DNA of 64,000 nt from Octopus vulgaris (lineage: Eukaryota), in contig OX597829.1 in the NCBI GenBank assembly GCA_951406725.2, positions 4,154,001 through 4,218,000 on the forward strand. The letters are read 5' to 3'. Made by a program: the position numbers and the translations under genes. Of the stretch, positions 25,553-40,265 are shown piece by piece (the first letter of the stretch is position 1; every line of letters begins with the position of its first letter). A model generated the notes under the pieces. The model was not told the origin of the DNA. It made no database searches and saw only the letters and a program-made list of their open reading frames with translations.

Positions 25553-27332
25553 TATACACATACATGCTTACATACACATGTATCTGAGTTGTTTTCAGAG
25601 CTGATGATTTTGTCTATGACTACTCAAGAGTTTTTTTTTTTTTTTGTTTTTTTTGGGGTTATGTGTGATTCTTCTTGCTTTCAGCTTCTTGTTCACCTGA
25701 ATGATTGTACATAGCAAGAAACTCTGAGTAGCAATAGAATCGGTCATCATCTTTGAACAAATAAACTCTACTGCATATATTAAGTACATTCTCTCTTTGT
25801 TTGTGCATTCATATATACATATATATACATATACATATATATATGATTTAAAATTACCACCAACAAATATTGTTTTAAAGCAAATTCCATATGTATATCT
25901 CTCTATATTTATTGTTGCACACAATTATTTTTTATGTGTACAGAAATATGTCTGTTTTTATCAATGGATATGGGCTCATCCCTTTCTTGTGACTAGCATT
26001 ACATATCTACGCATACACACACAGAGACACAAATACACACATAATTTATATGTGTATCTACGCAAGTATATACAGACACACCTGAAACAGTTTTAAAATT
26101 TCCTTCGTGTGGGTTTATTTCTAATAATACTGATATTTTACTAATATTACTATAGCTTTCTTTTTTTTTTTTTAAATTCAAAATAATCCGTTGAATGGCA
26201 TCAGAAGTAAAAAAAAAAATAATAAATAAATAAAATTAACAAAAAAAAAGAGAAAAAGAAATACAGAAATAGTGTTTCTTTGGTAGATTTTATTCTTTAA
26301 TTTCCACAACAGTTTTATTTAACTGATAATTCTTGACAAGTTTTTGCTTGTGTTTTTATGGTGTCAGGCTAGGCTTTGTCCCACTTTTTCAGCAAATTCA
26401 TTCCACACAGACCCCCTTTTTTTTTTCTTGCTCCTCCAATCCCAAAATCTTTTAGACTGCAAGCAGATGTCAATACTGCATGCATAGATTTTTTTTTTTT
26501 TTTTTTTTTTTGTAATTGACTTAAAGATTTTGAGAAAAAAAAATAATTTTGAAAGAAAGTTTTAAAAAAATGAAAAGAAAAAAGATGTTTTTTTAATTTA
26601 TATTTTTTAATTTTCAAAACAGAAAAAAAAACAAACTTTGTCCTGCATTCCAATAAAAATGTGTTCACCCATGGTGATAAACAATATATACACCTAGATT
26701 TTATTGTTTTTTTAAAATTCTAAGTAGATTGGTTGATATATATATATATATATATAAACTATACAAATTACACAATTCCTGCTATTGATGATGATTATGT
26801 ATGGGTGGGGGCATACATTTTCATAATTACTGTATAATACTATCATTACTATAACAACTACTATTACTACTACTACTACATAGGTTTTAGTATTGATAAA
26901 CTCTGGATTTACAATTGGTTGTTTGCTTGTTTGTTTTTTCTTTTTGTCTTTATGGGGTGGGAGTGTTCTCTGACACAAGTTAGGGTGTTAGAAAAATGAT
27001 AAATTATATTTAATATTTTTAATGAAGGGTGTAGATGATAAAGGGTTAAAAAATGAGAAAGAAAGAAATAGAAGAAAAAGAAACTGATATACAGTAAGGT
27101 ATGTATATATGTGTGTATATAAATGTATGTATGTATATATGTGTGTTTCTTCATGTTTGTGTGTGTGTGTGTGTATATGTATATATATCCCCAAATATAT
27201 GTACATATATATTCATGTGTGTGACTATATATATATATACACACACACACATACGCAAGTATATATTAATACATATATAATATATATAAATGTGTATACA
27301 CATATACAAGTACATGCATATTTATTTATGTA

Positions 27333-27366
<34 letters not shown>

Positions 27367-28402
27367 CATTTGCATACACACAATTATATGTAAACACATG
27401 TAAACTTATACATGTGTGTGCGTGTGTGTGTGTGTGTGTAAAATATATTTTAGTGTTTAATACACCTGAGAAAAAAAGTTTGTAGATCAATCTCACGACA
27501 GATCAGAAAAATTACCTAGGGGTGTTGGAAAAACAAACAAACAAACTCCCTCCCCACCCCCCTTGTGAAAGAAAAGAAAGACAGGAAAAAAACCCCCCCA
27601 AAAATGTCATTATTGAACTAAAATGGATTGGATGGATCAATGAAGCATCACTTGACTCTTAACATATCACGTCTCCCGATAAATACTGAAGTTGTTCCTC
27701 TTTATAAACACCCGCTCACACACTACACACACATATGCAGAAACCTGCACGAAATGGCTTGTGAATGTTGTGCTGCATGTGTGTATATGTGTGTGTCTGT
27801 GTGTGTTTATGTCTATACATATGTGTGTGTATGTATATTTGTACGCATATTCACACACATTTGTTTAGACTTTTATAAATTTTTCTTTTTTTTTTTGAAA
27901 TTTTTATTTATTCGTGCTTGTTTATGGATCCTTACCGATTCCTTTTATTTCTGAAAGGAAGTACAAAAAATAAAACAACTACCAAACTAATCAACAGAAT
28001 TCTGCAGAAAATGTTTTTCTTTCCTTTTTTTTTTTTAAAATTTATAATTAATTGAAAGAAAAGAAACAAAATTGGTATTAAAAACCAGATTGTTCTTTGA
28101 TAGAAATAGCAGTCTTCTAATACATAGATATAGGGGTATCAACATACACATACTGGTGTGTGTTATTTGTACCCGGATATCAAACTAATGAAGGTTTTGG
28201 TTTTTTCATACATTCCTCTTTATACATTCCTATTGATTTATTGGATTACACTAAGCAATATTATTATTATAATTATTTGGAAATTTTCTAGCTTGCAATG
28301 AGAAATTTTATAACAATGCTATAAAATATAATTTTCATTTATATTGTATTTACATTATTGTGATTATTATTATCATTATTATTATTATCATTATTATTAT
28401 TA

Positions 28403-28470
<68 letters not shown>

Positions 28471-30277
28471 CTAATAGCATTGATATGATTTTTATTTTAT
28501 TGTTACTGATGTCTAAAATTGCCTGCTATATCAATGGCCATTTCTCTTTCCCTTTTACTTTTATTCCTCCTCCTCCTCCTCCTCCTCCTCAGTTTAATGA
28601 TTACTTCAAGGTTTGATCACAAAGTCAGCAGCAACAAAAACAAAAATAAAAAAACAACAGCAGCCCTTCTTAAGTCGGTCACTAGCAGAATAAATTATTA
28701 TTATTACCATTATTATTATTATTATTACCATTATTATTATTATTATTACCATTATTATTATTATTATTATTACCATTATTATTATTATTATTATCATTAT
28801 TATTGTGCGCTTTCATTGCACAGCCAAGCACAGCTCTGTGTGCCTTGGGGTGACTTTTAATTACTGTTGTCTGTGTTTTCTTTGTATAATGAAAGTACTC
28901 CATGTAATATGAGTACAGTGTCTAAAAGTACCATTTCCTGAATGTTGTCTATATCTTTTAAGTCTTTGGTGTTTTGTTTTTGTAGTTTGTGTGCCAATGC
29001 ACCTATTATTACAAATATCCTTATATTTTGCATTTAGCTCTGTTTAAACTATTAATCTGATGCATTTATAGTATTCTTTCCTGATTTTACCTTCCTTGGA
29101 TTGTGTATGTTTTGCTCTGTCCAGTTAATTGGTTTATATGTCTGTATTTAGCCCAATTATTTTATCTCTGTTTCTATATCCAACATGCTCTTCAGTGTAT
29201 GTATTAATTTAAATACAGTTACTGAATCCGTGTACATTCTGTTGGTGTGTTTCTAATTTTTTTGTCACCTGCAGTTACAAATTGAGACCATCTATGTACA
29301 CAGAACGTTACTGATTTATACCCCCATAACATTTGTATCCATGTCAGATTTAGTTTGTTGCAAAATTAGTTCCCATTTACTTATGATTTACTTGGCATAT
29401 GTTTGCTATAAGTGCTACCTTATTCATAGCTATCGCTTCTAGATTTTGTTTGTGGAGAACACTGCCAAAAGTTGTGTCAAAGACTATCAATGCTAATGTC
29501 AGACTCTTCTTTCTCCCACTGCAGGCTTATTGTTTGATAGAGCTTTTATGAGTTCTTGGAAGCATCCTATCTATTATTTGTCTTCTTTTTTTTTCCAGGC
29601 AAGCATTTACCTTTAATGAGAATATTGTAAAAACTGTGTATGCAATAGTCAGGCAAAATATGGAACTTAAATTTGTTTCCTGAGTCTTGGAGATTAACCC
29701 TCTTGCATTCAGATAGCTCTCTCAAATACAATACTTATTCACATTATTTTGAATTAATTATGCATTATCTTATAACTTTAAGATTTTGATGATATGATTG
29801 TTTAATTTGAGAATGGCATTGTAGGGTAGGTGAGAGAGGCCAGATCTGGTCAATTTCAACATAAAACAGGTACAATATATTTCAGCTGCATATGGCCGGT
29901 TTAAATGCTGAATCAAGATGGTTGTCCTGTTTTTTTTTTTTCTTTCAGCAGATCAATATATATTACTGTTACAACTTTGCTATATAGCTATGTAGATACT
30001 TCTTTAACCACGAGCTGGAAATGTTATCGCTTTCTTCTAACTTCCTGTTATGCTTTTTAGTATTGGAGTTACTTCTTGTTTTTTTTTTCTTTGTGCCTGT
30101 AATTGTTTAAGTCTTACCCTCGTTCCGTGTCGATTGTTTTCACTGTTGATATACCTTAACCCTCTTCAATATATATATATATATGTATTTCTTTTCTATT
30201 CATCTTGCTGTTGGCACTGCATTAATTTATCTTTTCGTTTTACCTGATTCCCGACTATCTTTTACTTTGTCTGTTTC

Positions 30278-30313
<36 letters not shown>

Positions 30314-30347
30314 GCAATTACTACTACTACTATTACTATTATCATCA

Positions 30348-30395
<48 letters not shown>

Positions 30396-30930
30396 CCTAA
30401 AGATAGAATTTACTATCTTGTATAAGTTTGAGCTCTGAAGAAAGCGTTGGTACATTATGTTGGAATACAATAACAATTTTCTAAAAAAAAAATAATAAAA
30501 AATTAATAAATAACAAAAGACACCCATTTTTAACCATATCAATTCTTGAATTCTGCTGGTAAGTTGTTTGAAAGCCATATCTTGCTGTTCTTTGTCTTTG
30601 CTTTCACTCCTTTGTGGTTTTCATTATAAAAGATCCCACCCAGTACTGAACTAAATAGTCAACAGTACCTTACCTGTATTCTGTGAGCACAAATTATAAT
30701 GGAAAATTATGCAAGAACAAGTCAATTTACGACAACTTCCCATTCCCTAGATACATTGTGATGTCATTTTTTTTTTTGTTTTTTAATTAAATTTTGTTTT
30801 ACATTTTTTCCCCTTTTTTAAATCCTTTTTTTAGTGGAATAAAAATAATTACCCAACAGAAATAGCTGAAAAGATCCTCATGTTATGTTTGCACATATTA
30901 ATAAAAACAATGCTTCATGTTTGTTCTGAG
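24339..30930 (+). other. Putative long 3'UTR of the neurobeachin-like gene
   Basis: Follows the stop codon. Rich in A/U tracts and microsatellites, almost free of the SINEs seen in introns and downstream; TE density jumps at about 30975. Confidence 0.45.
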
Positions 30931-30945
30931 TTACTTATTTTTTTC
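30838..30945 (+). terminator. Candidate polyadenylation signals
   Basis: AATAAA at 30838 and 30900, the second followed by a GT/T-rich tract. A proximal AATAAA sits at 26652. Confidence 0.35.
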
Positions 30946-31846
30946 AAAAACAAAGAAAAACTGCACTTTACACCTTGACTTGACTTGAGACAGCTTTCAC
31001 CCCGGGGTGGGTTGAGCTGGCTTCATTCATCCTCAATGCTGCATCTCTCACAAACGCTGACCAGTCCTGGCGATTTGAGGTTAATGACCGCGTGTTCTCC
31101 AACCACTCCTTATTCCAGTGGCGAATGCCCTAGATATGGGGTCCTATGTTGGGTTCCAGATCAGCCTTGACTGTCATCAGCTAGGTTTTTCGTTGTCCAC
31201 CACATCGCTTTCGCCAACCCTGAAGGGGAGCTGGGGCAATTGCTTCGTAGATGAATTCTCCTGGTTGACGACGGAGGGCATGACCCAGCCAACGCAGATG
31301 TCTCGTTAGGATGACTTGTCGGAGGGAAGTGATTTTACACTGATGTTGCACCGAATTGTTGGAGACAAAGTAATGCCATCAGACACTGTGTGTGGATGTG
31401 ACCCTCTTGTGAAGACGTGTGCCTTTGTGGTTAAGGTATTTGGCTCATTATCATAAGGTTATGAGTTCAGGTCCCAGTGGTACATTGTGTCTTTGAGCGA
31501 GGTACTTTATTTCACGTTGCTCCAGTCCTCTTTCCTGGCAAACACGAGTTGTACCTGTACTTCAAAGGGCCAGCTTTGTCACATTCTATTTCACACCGAA
31601 TCTCCTGGAGAACTACATTAAGGGTATGATTGTCTGTGGAGTGCTCAGCCACATGCACACTAATTTTATGAGCAGATCAGTTGGAGCACATTATAATTGA
31701 CAGCATTCCAGGCTCTTTTGGATGTGAGCCTCTAGGTAGATGGGTGTGGCAATTAAGTATGTTGTGGAGATGGGGAGGCTGTTATTTGTTAATCCTGTGT
31801 GTTTGTACTGTGAAGTTATATAGTTGTGACATATGGTGTAGTGTTC

Positions 31847-32251
31847 GGATCTTTTCGGTTTGAACGGCAGTTTTTTAAAATAATTTCTAGGTAACTAAAC
31901 ACTTTTAAACTTCGTATACTGGTAGAATGTGTTTATAAAACGTCTTTTTCTCTTGGCTTTATTGAAAAAATTCTATAGTTTGTAAGATATTTGTTGCTTT
32001 TTTTCTTCAATTTCTGCAATTTCAACCAATCAATGACGTCTATTGAGTTAAAAAACATTCTTGCCGTATGAATATGTCCCTCGTTTAAGAAACAGATTGG
32101 GTTTATTTACATTTGTGAAGAAAAAAAGATACCCTTCCCCCTAACCCTAAAACAGATTGAAATGCAATAGATTGATACTAGGGTCATAATTACGGGTGAC
32201 AATTTCATATGACACCGCTAGAAAAAACTGCCGGTCAAACCGAAAAGATCC
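31847..32251. mobile_element. 405-bp MITE with GGATC termini and 8-bp TSD
   Basis: TIR ggatcttttcggtttgaacggcagtttttt / aaaaaactgccggtcaaaccgaaaagatcc. TSD tagtgttc/ttgtgttc. Short internal ccctaa repeat. Confidence 0.88.
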
Positions 32252-32484
32252 TTGTGTTCTAATGTGTGATTATGAAAAAATGTGGTGTTTTGATATACTG
32301 TTGTGAGACAATATGCAATGGTTAAGTGAGGACATGATGTTGTGATATATAATATGTGATAGGAGAGACAATTTTATATAATAATGTTTTATGACCTGTA
32401 TTGTAGACATGAGTATATGTGAAGTGATTTAGTGTGTTTCTGATGATGTTGCTTGGGCACAGATCACCTCTAAACAAATATCTA

Positions 32485-33641
32485 TGAGAGGTGTTCATTA
32501 AAGATTTCTTCTGACCCACTTCCCAAGGACTGGGATAAACAAAATTTGGCATAATTATTTGTCCTTCTCTACATGGCCACCACCAATGATGACACACTTT
32601 TCCCATTGTTTTATGTAGCTGTGAAGACCTCGTCTGTAGAAGTCAGTAGGTTGTGTCTAGAGCTAAGAGTTTACCACAGAAAATGAGTTCATCATCATCC
32701 AAAAAGCGCTTCCCCTTCAAAAAAGACTTCATGGTTGGAAAGAGATGGAAGTCGGATGATGTGAGGTCGGGAGAGTAAGGGGGATGAGGAAGAATTTCAA
32801 AGCCGCAGGAGTGTGCTTTCATCTGGCCAACATGCACATTGTGAAATGGGGCATTGTCTTGGGGGAGGAGGACTTCTCTGCTTTGATGGTGTCCTGCAAT
32901 TTCTACTATAGATAGGCATAATATGCCCCGTTAATTCTGGTACCCTTTGCCAGAAAATCCATCATCACTACTCTGCATTGGTCCACAAAGACTCTGAGTA
33001 TCACCTTGCCTACTGAGCCTTCTTTGGAAGTGGTGTTATGCTTCCATTGCTTCAACTGGACTTTAGTCTTAGGATCATAGTAATGGACCCATGCTTCTTC
33101 CTCTGTGATAAGTCTGCCAAGAAAGTCTTCATTTTCTTAGCACATTACTAAAAGAGCCTGTGAGCAATTGACTCATTTCTGCTTCTGAAAAGGTGAGCAT
33201 CTGGTGAATCCATCATGCAGACAACTTCCGCATGTGTAAATGGTTATGAATGATTTTTTCCATGGACCCTACACTTATCTTCTTGGGTTAATTGTCAAAA
33301 TAGTTATGCAACAATCCTCCAAAATGGCAGCTTTCACTTTATGGATGGTGTCGTCATCAATAGCAAAATGTGGTTGTCCAGGGATAGGAGCAGTTTCCAC
33401 CGATGTCTGACCATATTCATCTCATCGAAAGTCTCTTTTGGTGTAGAACCTTTCAAGTATAAGAACCTAATCACTGAATCCATTGTAACACCTTAGTCCA
33501 CTTCAGCAGCCGTAAAAGACAAATGAATATTAGTGGAAAGCTGCAATTAACAATGTGACATGTATGATCATACCTGTAAAAGTTCCATTTCCTGCAATAA
33601 CTGGAAGTGGGTCAGAGCAAATCTTTAATGAACGCCCCTCG
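32485..33641 (-). mobile_element. Decayed mariner transposon
   Basis: TA-flanked TIRs (tgagaggtgttcattaaagattt / aaatctttaatgaacgcccctcg); remnant LPHPPYSPDLTSSDFHLF. Confidence 0.9.
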
Positions 33642-34100
33642 TATGTTTAGAGGTGTTTGAATCATGACTATCACCTCATGTTCTTTGGCATAGTTTATCG
33701 GGGACTGTATTATGGATTTTTTTTTTTTTAGAGAATAGACTGTGATTTGAGAGATTGAATTGCTATTTCTAACTCTTCATATTACTTTCTTGAACATAAG
33801 ATATTGTGATTTAGTGTAGCAATAAGAACATGTGCTGCTCCAGTCAACCTTGACCCAAGTTGTTGGTTCAATGACTGGATGCAATAAACAGCTCTGCTTC
33901 TCAAAATCATTTTCAGGCCAAGTGGAAGCCCTCACCACTCAACTGACGTACAGTATGTCATTGTATGAAGTACAGTTCGGATATATTTCTTTAGAATAGC
34001 AGTGTTTTGGAAGTTTCTTAAGAGGTGGAGTAACGTTGCAGAACTCTGTTGAAGAAATTAGGGAGCGTTGAGTGTGTTGTGGTTATTGTATTCTTCAGAA

Positions 34101-34488
34101 GGAGGTGCAATGGCCCAGTGGTTAGGGCAGCGGACTCGCGGTCATAGGATCGCGGTTTCGATTCCCAGACCGGGCGTTGTGAGTGTTTATTGAGCGAAAA
34201 CACCTAAAAGCTCCATGAGGCTCCGGCAGGGGATGGTGGTGATCCCTGCTGTACTCTTTCACCACAACTTTCTCTCACTCTTACTTCCTGTTTCTGTTGT
34301 ACCTGTATTTCAAAGGGCCGGCCTTGTCACTCTCTGTGTCACGCTGAATATCCCTGAGAACTACGTTAAGGGTGTATGTGTCTGTGGAGTGCTCAGCCAC
34401 TTACATGTTAATTTCACGAGCAGGCTGTTCTGTTGATTCGGATCAACCGGAACCCTCGTCGTTGTAACCGACGGAGTGCTTCCATTCC
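34101..34488 (+). mobile_element. Full-length tRNA-derived SINE (family D)
   Basis: A-box TGGCCCAGTGG, B-box GTTTCGATTCC, (ttcca)n tail, perfect 11-bp TSD attcttcagaa. Older copies at 12800-13120 and 31420-31680. Confidence 0.9.
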
Positions 34489-37400
34489 ATTCTTCAGAAA
34501 TATTGCAACTTTAGTAGGTTCATAATAGTGTGTGTGAATGACATTTGATCAGACCACTGTTAATAGAAGATGGAATCAAAAGTTTTGTTCATAGAATGGT
34601 GATGTATAGGAAAAATATTGAAATTCTCAATTTGTTGTTGTTGAATTCCAGGTAAACCTGACTGAACAAGAGCAATCCCCCTTTTGTAGTCTAGATTAGC
34701 CAATGTACTTTTTATTTTGAAGACGGTAAACAGAGGTTTCACTGCTTTTTCTAGCAGTGGAAATGATGAGGTAGAGAGGCTCCCTCCTTGGCTTGGGAAA
34801 CAGTCGTGTGTTCAGGGTAAGTGTGATTGACATATGTTAGGTTGTTTAGCAACATGTCATGTGATGTAGAATAGTACTTAGGGTATATCGTGAGTGAGGT
34901 AGAATATGGGGTGGAGGAGAGTTGCTGTGTGGGTGATATATGAGGTGAGGGGCATGTGGGATGATGTAGAAGAGCAGACTTCTTCAGATGTCTAGAAATA
35001 TAAGGACGAATGAAATTCAGTTGCTACTTCTATCAGGTCAAGCAACTACGTAATGGTTCTTTTGTTGGCTACAGTATCACCTGAAAAAGTGGGGATGATA
35101 TGGAATCTTTTTTAAAATATTCCAACCACTTAGAATTTTCTACATTGATGTAGTTTTGCATGCTGATGATGAAATTCACATTCACTCTTTCTAAGAATTA
35201 GTAATAAAGAAGTTAGAAGCATTTAAAGTTAGGTAATTTTAACCAATAAGAAACTCCCATTGTTGATGTAGAAGTCATAACCGTAGTCATGGGAACCACA
35301 TTTTATCGTTGTTTTCATCAAAATACAGGACATATTTCTCTGGTGCCCAAGCATCATATATACATTACCTATTTCTTTACTACCCACAAGGCGCTAAACA
35401 CAGAGAGGACAAACAAGGACAGACAAACGGATTAAGTCGATGATATCGACCCCAGTGCGTAACTGGTACTTAATTTATCGACCCCGAAAGGATGAAAGGC
35501 AAAGTGAACCTCGGTGGAATTTGAACTCAGAACGTAAAGACAGACGAAATACCACTCAGCATTTCTCTTGGCGTGCTAACGTTTCTGCCAGCTCGCCGCC
35601 TTATTATATACATTACCAATTTTATTTCAACCACCAGAGTAAACTGGAACTTGTGAAAAGAAAGCTTTATATTATTAAGAACGTTTGAAATAGGGGCTAA
35701 CTAAAAGTCTGATAGAAAAAAAGGGCTTGGACGTTTAGGACAAACTTGTAAAGATACAAGTTAAATGTTAAACAAACTGGATGGTCAGAGTTAAAACGTA
35801 TTTGAACTGCTCGATCAGGGCTGACAGAAACTTCTTAAACATCAATCATGGAATATCCATGTACACTCATATTTACGTGGCAAACGATAAAAAAATATTT
35901 CCCATCTCTGTACATCTGTAATTGTGTATATATACAGATTATTAATACTAAAATGTACAGGAGTGGCTGTGTGGTAAGTAGCTTGCTAACCAACCACATG
36001 GTTCTGGGTTCAGTTCCACTGCGTGGCACCTTGGGCAAGTGTCTTCTACTATAGCCCCGGGCCGACCAATGCCTTGTGAGTGGATTTGGTAGACAGAAAC
36101 TGAAAGAAGCCTGTCGTATATATGTATATATATGCGTATGTGTGTTTGTGTGTCTGTGTTTGTCCCCCTAGCATTGCTTGACAACTGATGCTGGTGTGTT
36201 TACGTCCCCGTCACTTAGCGGTTCGGCAAAAGAGACCGATAGAATAAGTACTGGGCTTACAAAGAATAAGTCCCGGGGTCAATTTGCTCGACTAAAGGCG
36301 GTGCTCCAGCATGGTCACAGTCAAATGACTGAAACAAGTAAAAGAGAAAGTAAAAGAGAAAATATATATTTGTATCGGTGGAAAAGTAATGCAGAGCAAA
36401 TAAAGAGTTATGTAATCACATGTATTTGAACCTCCAGCAAGTTTTGCAACAAGATTTTTTCCCAGTACACACTGAGTGTGCTATTCAGTTCGCTGCCATG
36501 CAAATTACCCAATCTTTAGACACACACGACATTTGTACACAGCTAAGTTAAATCAATATAATAGTTTATTTCTTCATAAATTCTAACCCTGTCTTTGAGT
36601 ACTTACTGTTATTTTAAATTTATTTATTGAGTGAATGAGTAGGATCATCATCATTATCATCATCATTTAACGTCTGTTTTCTGTGCTAGCATAGGTTAAA
36701 TGGTTCGACCGGGGTCTGGGAAACCAGGAGGCTTCACCAGGCTCCTGTCTGATCTAGCAGTGTTTCTACAGCTGGATGCCCTTCCTAATGCCAACCACTC
36801 CATGAGTGTAATGGGTGCTTTTTACATGCCACCGGCACAGGTGCCAGGGGAGGCTGGCAGCGGCCACGATTGGTTGGTGCTTTTTTACGTGCCACCAGCA
36901 CGGAAGCCAGTCAAGGCGGCTCTGGCATCGGCCACGTTCGGATGGTGCTTTTACATGCCACCGACCCAGATATCACAACTACAATTTCCATTTGATATTT
37001 ATTTTGATGTTGATGTACTTGACTCAGTAGGTCTCCTCAAGCACAGCAGGTCATGTGCCACCAGCACAGAAGCCAGTCAAGGTGGCGCTGGCATCGGTCA
37101 CATTCGGATGGTGCTTTTTCTGTGCCACCGGCACAGGGATCACAACTATGATTTCCATTAAATATTTATTTTGATGTTGATGTACTTGACTCAATAGGTC
37201 TCCTCAAGCACAGCAGGTCATGTGCCACCAGCACAGAAGCCAGTCAAGGCGGCGCTGGCATCGGTCACGTTCGGATGGTGCTTTTTACATACTGCGGGAA
37301 AATTAAATGCAACGAATCAAAAAAGTTACACAGGTTGGGAATCAAAATGTAAATATTGTTTAGAGACTAGCACAAAACTACCCAGAGGCGGTTTTCCTTA

Positions 37401-38206
37401 TAACGAATACTAAAAGTCTGCTGAAGACTGTGAAGCAATATCTTGTACTTATGTATATAACCGGTACATGGGATTAACAAATCCAGGAAGATATCTATAA
37501 ACTGCTCAATATTAAAACGAATTTGGTTAACTATATCAATAAATTCAAACAGAATTAACATCCAAGGTAATTCTTTATGTATGACAAGTAAATCTAAATA
37601 TCATTTTGGAGAATGTTGAGCAATTTAGGGTATAGGACAACAAGAATAAGAACGGAGAAAATTAAATTTTTAATTGGTAATTAGACCATACAATAATGAT
37701 GATTGTTTCTGGTGTGTCAGTGTACTTAGATACAAGAAAAGGTATAAAGTATTGCTCAGATTAATGTATCCAAAAATATATCCTAAAATGTTATCAAGAC
37801 AATTCAAAGTGAACTAAGAAAATATCTGCAGTACCTGTACGCATACAAAAAAGAATGTTTAGAAGAAATATAATATTTTAAGACAAGCTATTTTTGTATT
37901 CGGTTTTTGGTGACGTCAATGAATAACGAAAGAACAAAAAATAAAATAAACTTAGAAATTCTAATCACAGTAACTAAGTATCTATCTATTAAAAATGCTA
38001 AAAAATTATCTTAGAAAAATTATGCAGGCATAGCTGTGTGGTAAGAACCTCGGTTCCAGTTTCGGTCCAGCTGTGGGGCAACTTGGGCAAATGTCTTCTA
38101 CTATAGCTAAAAGTCTGAAAAAAGCTTGGATGCTTAGGACAAATGGCTTCAGGCCAACCAAAGCCTTGTGAGTGGTTTGGGAAACGGACTCTGAAAGAAG
38201 CCCATC

Positions 38207-38250
<44 letters not shown>

Positions 38251-40265
38251 ACACATTTGTGTTTGTTCCCTACTACTGCTTGACAACCAGTGTTGGTGTG
38301 TTTATGTCCTTGTAACTTAGTGGATCTGTAACAGAGGCTGATAGGATAAGTACCCGGCTTTAAAAAATATATAAGTACTGGGATCGATTCATTGGAATGA
38401 AAATTTCTTCAAGGCATTGCCCTAGCATGGTTGCAATCTAATGACAAACCAGTAAAAGATAGAAGATATTAGATTATAGGAAAAATAATTATAATTAATG
38501 AGTTATTTATTATTGGAATAGTTAAATATTTTTTTTATTTTATGAGAATATTTCAATGTAAAATTATTTCTACAATTTAATAATACTAATTTAGATGTAA
38601 TTATATAATACAATTTCTTCAAGGCATAGATCACTTTTAGAATTATCAATATTGTACGATGGTGTATAACTAATAATGGACCACTTTAAATCATACTTTA
38701 TGCTCCTATTTTTAAAATTCCAAATGCATTTACTAAAATTTGTAGAATTATATTTTCTTCTTCAAATTGTAGCGGGCAAACTCCTGTAATAATACATACA
38801 ATCCCCTGTTATTACCTTACACTATATTCTTCCTTAAACATGGATTTTCTAAAGGACAAAATTTTGTTTTTGAAATTACAAATTCACTTGTATGTGGTAC
38901 TCATGGTCAGGGCTGGATTTATAGAGGGTCAAAGAGGACAGTTGCCTCAGGCATCACAGATATAGGGCCCTCCTGCTATGAATGGTATGTAGCACTCAAT
39001 AGGCATCACAGTTATAGGGCCCTCCTGCTATGAAGGGTAATGTAGCACTCAATACAGGAGGACTCTGCCTCTCAGCAGTCTTGCATACAGAGGCTCTCTT
39101 TCAATAAACAGAAATATTGTAGAAAATGTAATGGATCCTCTTTTTTGATAAATAACCAGTTTTAACCATATTAGTGACATCAATTCATTCAATAAAAAAA
39201 ACACTTTGCTACCCATTCCAAAAGCAGCCACAATTCCCATTGCAATTAATTGTAAGTTCCTTTCGGGACAGAAAGCAACAAAAGACTCAAAAAAAATGTA
39301 TGTATCTGTGAGTGTGTTTGTGTGAGAGAGAGCATGGATGTATATACAGATAGATAAAGAGATTGATAGAAATAAGCTATCATCTCTAGTTCAAATTCCT
39401 TCTTTCAGTACATGACTGACCACAGTGACCTTAGATTGACCACAGGCCATAAAAGACACACACACAAATACGCACACTCATATATTGCCACTGTAAAATT
39501 CATTATTTCAGTGAGGCATTGAAAACTGGTCTCATTTTAGGAAAGAGCAAGTATTGTATATATGTTCCAAAGTTTAAATTTTGAATTTAAGTTTAATTAT
39601 AAAACTACATCTCTCAACAGCTCAAAGCATTTTTTTTTCAGCTTTAGAATTACCACAAAGATCTTTGTGGTTATCATCACTGCATACTCTTTTATACTCT
39701 TTTACTTGTTTCAGTCATTTGACTGCGGCCATGCTGGAGCACCGCCTTTAGTCGAGTAAATCAACCCCAGGACTTATTCTTTGTAAGCCTAGTACTTATT
39801 TTATCGGTCTCTTTTTGCTGAACTGCTAAGTTACGAGGACGTAAATACACCAGCATTGGTTGTCAAGTGATAGTGGTGGTGGGACAAACACAGACACACA
39901 GACATATACACATACATATATACAACGGGCTTCTTTCAGTTTCCGTCTACCAAATCCACTCACAAGGCTTTGGTAGGCCCGAGGCTATAGTAGAAGACAC
40001 TTGCCCAAGGTGCCACACAGTGGGACTGAACCTGGAACCATGTAGTTGTTAAGCAAGCTACTTACCACACAGCCACTCCTACGCCTACATGTGAAAATCT
40101 TTAAAAAAATTTCTAGTGTATCATATAGATGTAATATTTAATGCCAAATCTGAATTTGTTATTCATTTATTCCAGAAAATTTTGCATAAATGTTACAGGT
40201 GTTCAAAGTTTCATAATTTTCAGGATTTTCAGCCAATCAGAAAACAGCATGTTCACTGCCTCTTA

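Noticed and set aside
24461-28903. Many ORF-track ORFs rich in YI, CV, HT or poly-Y/I/N
   Set aside because: Translations of microsatellites with no coding signal.
34101-34175. tRNA gene
   Set aside because: A and B boxes are present, but the sequence continues into a SINE body with tail and TSD, and no proper acceptor stem is evident.
38950-39053. ~52-bp tandem duplication
   Set aside because: Two copies only, within a probable DNA-transposon fragment, with no further structure.
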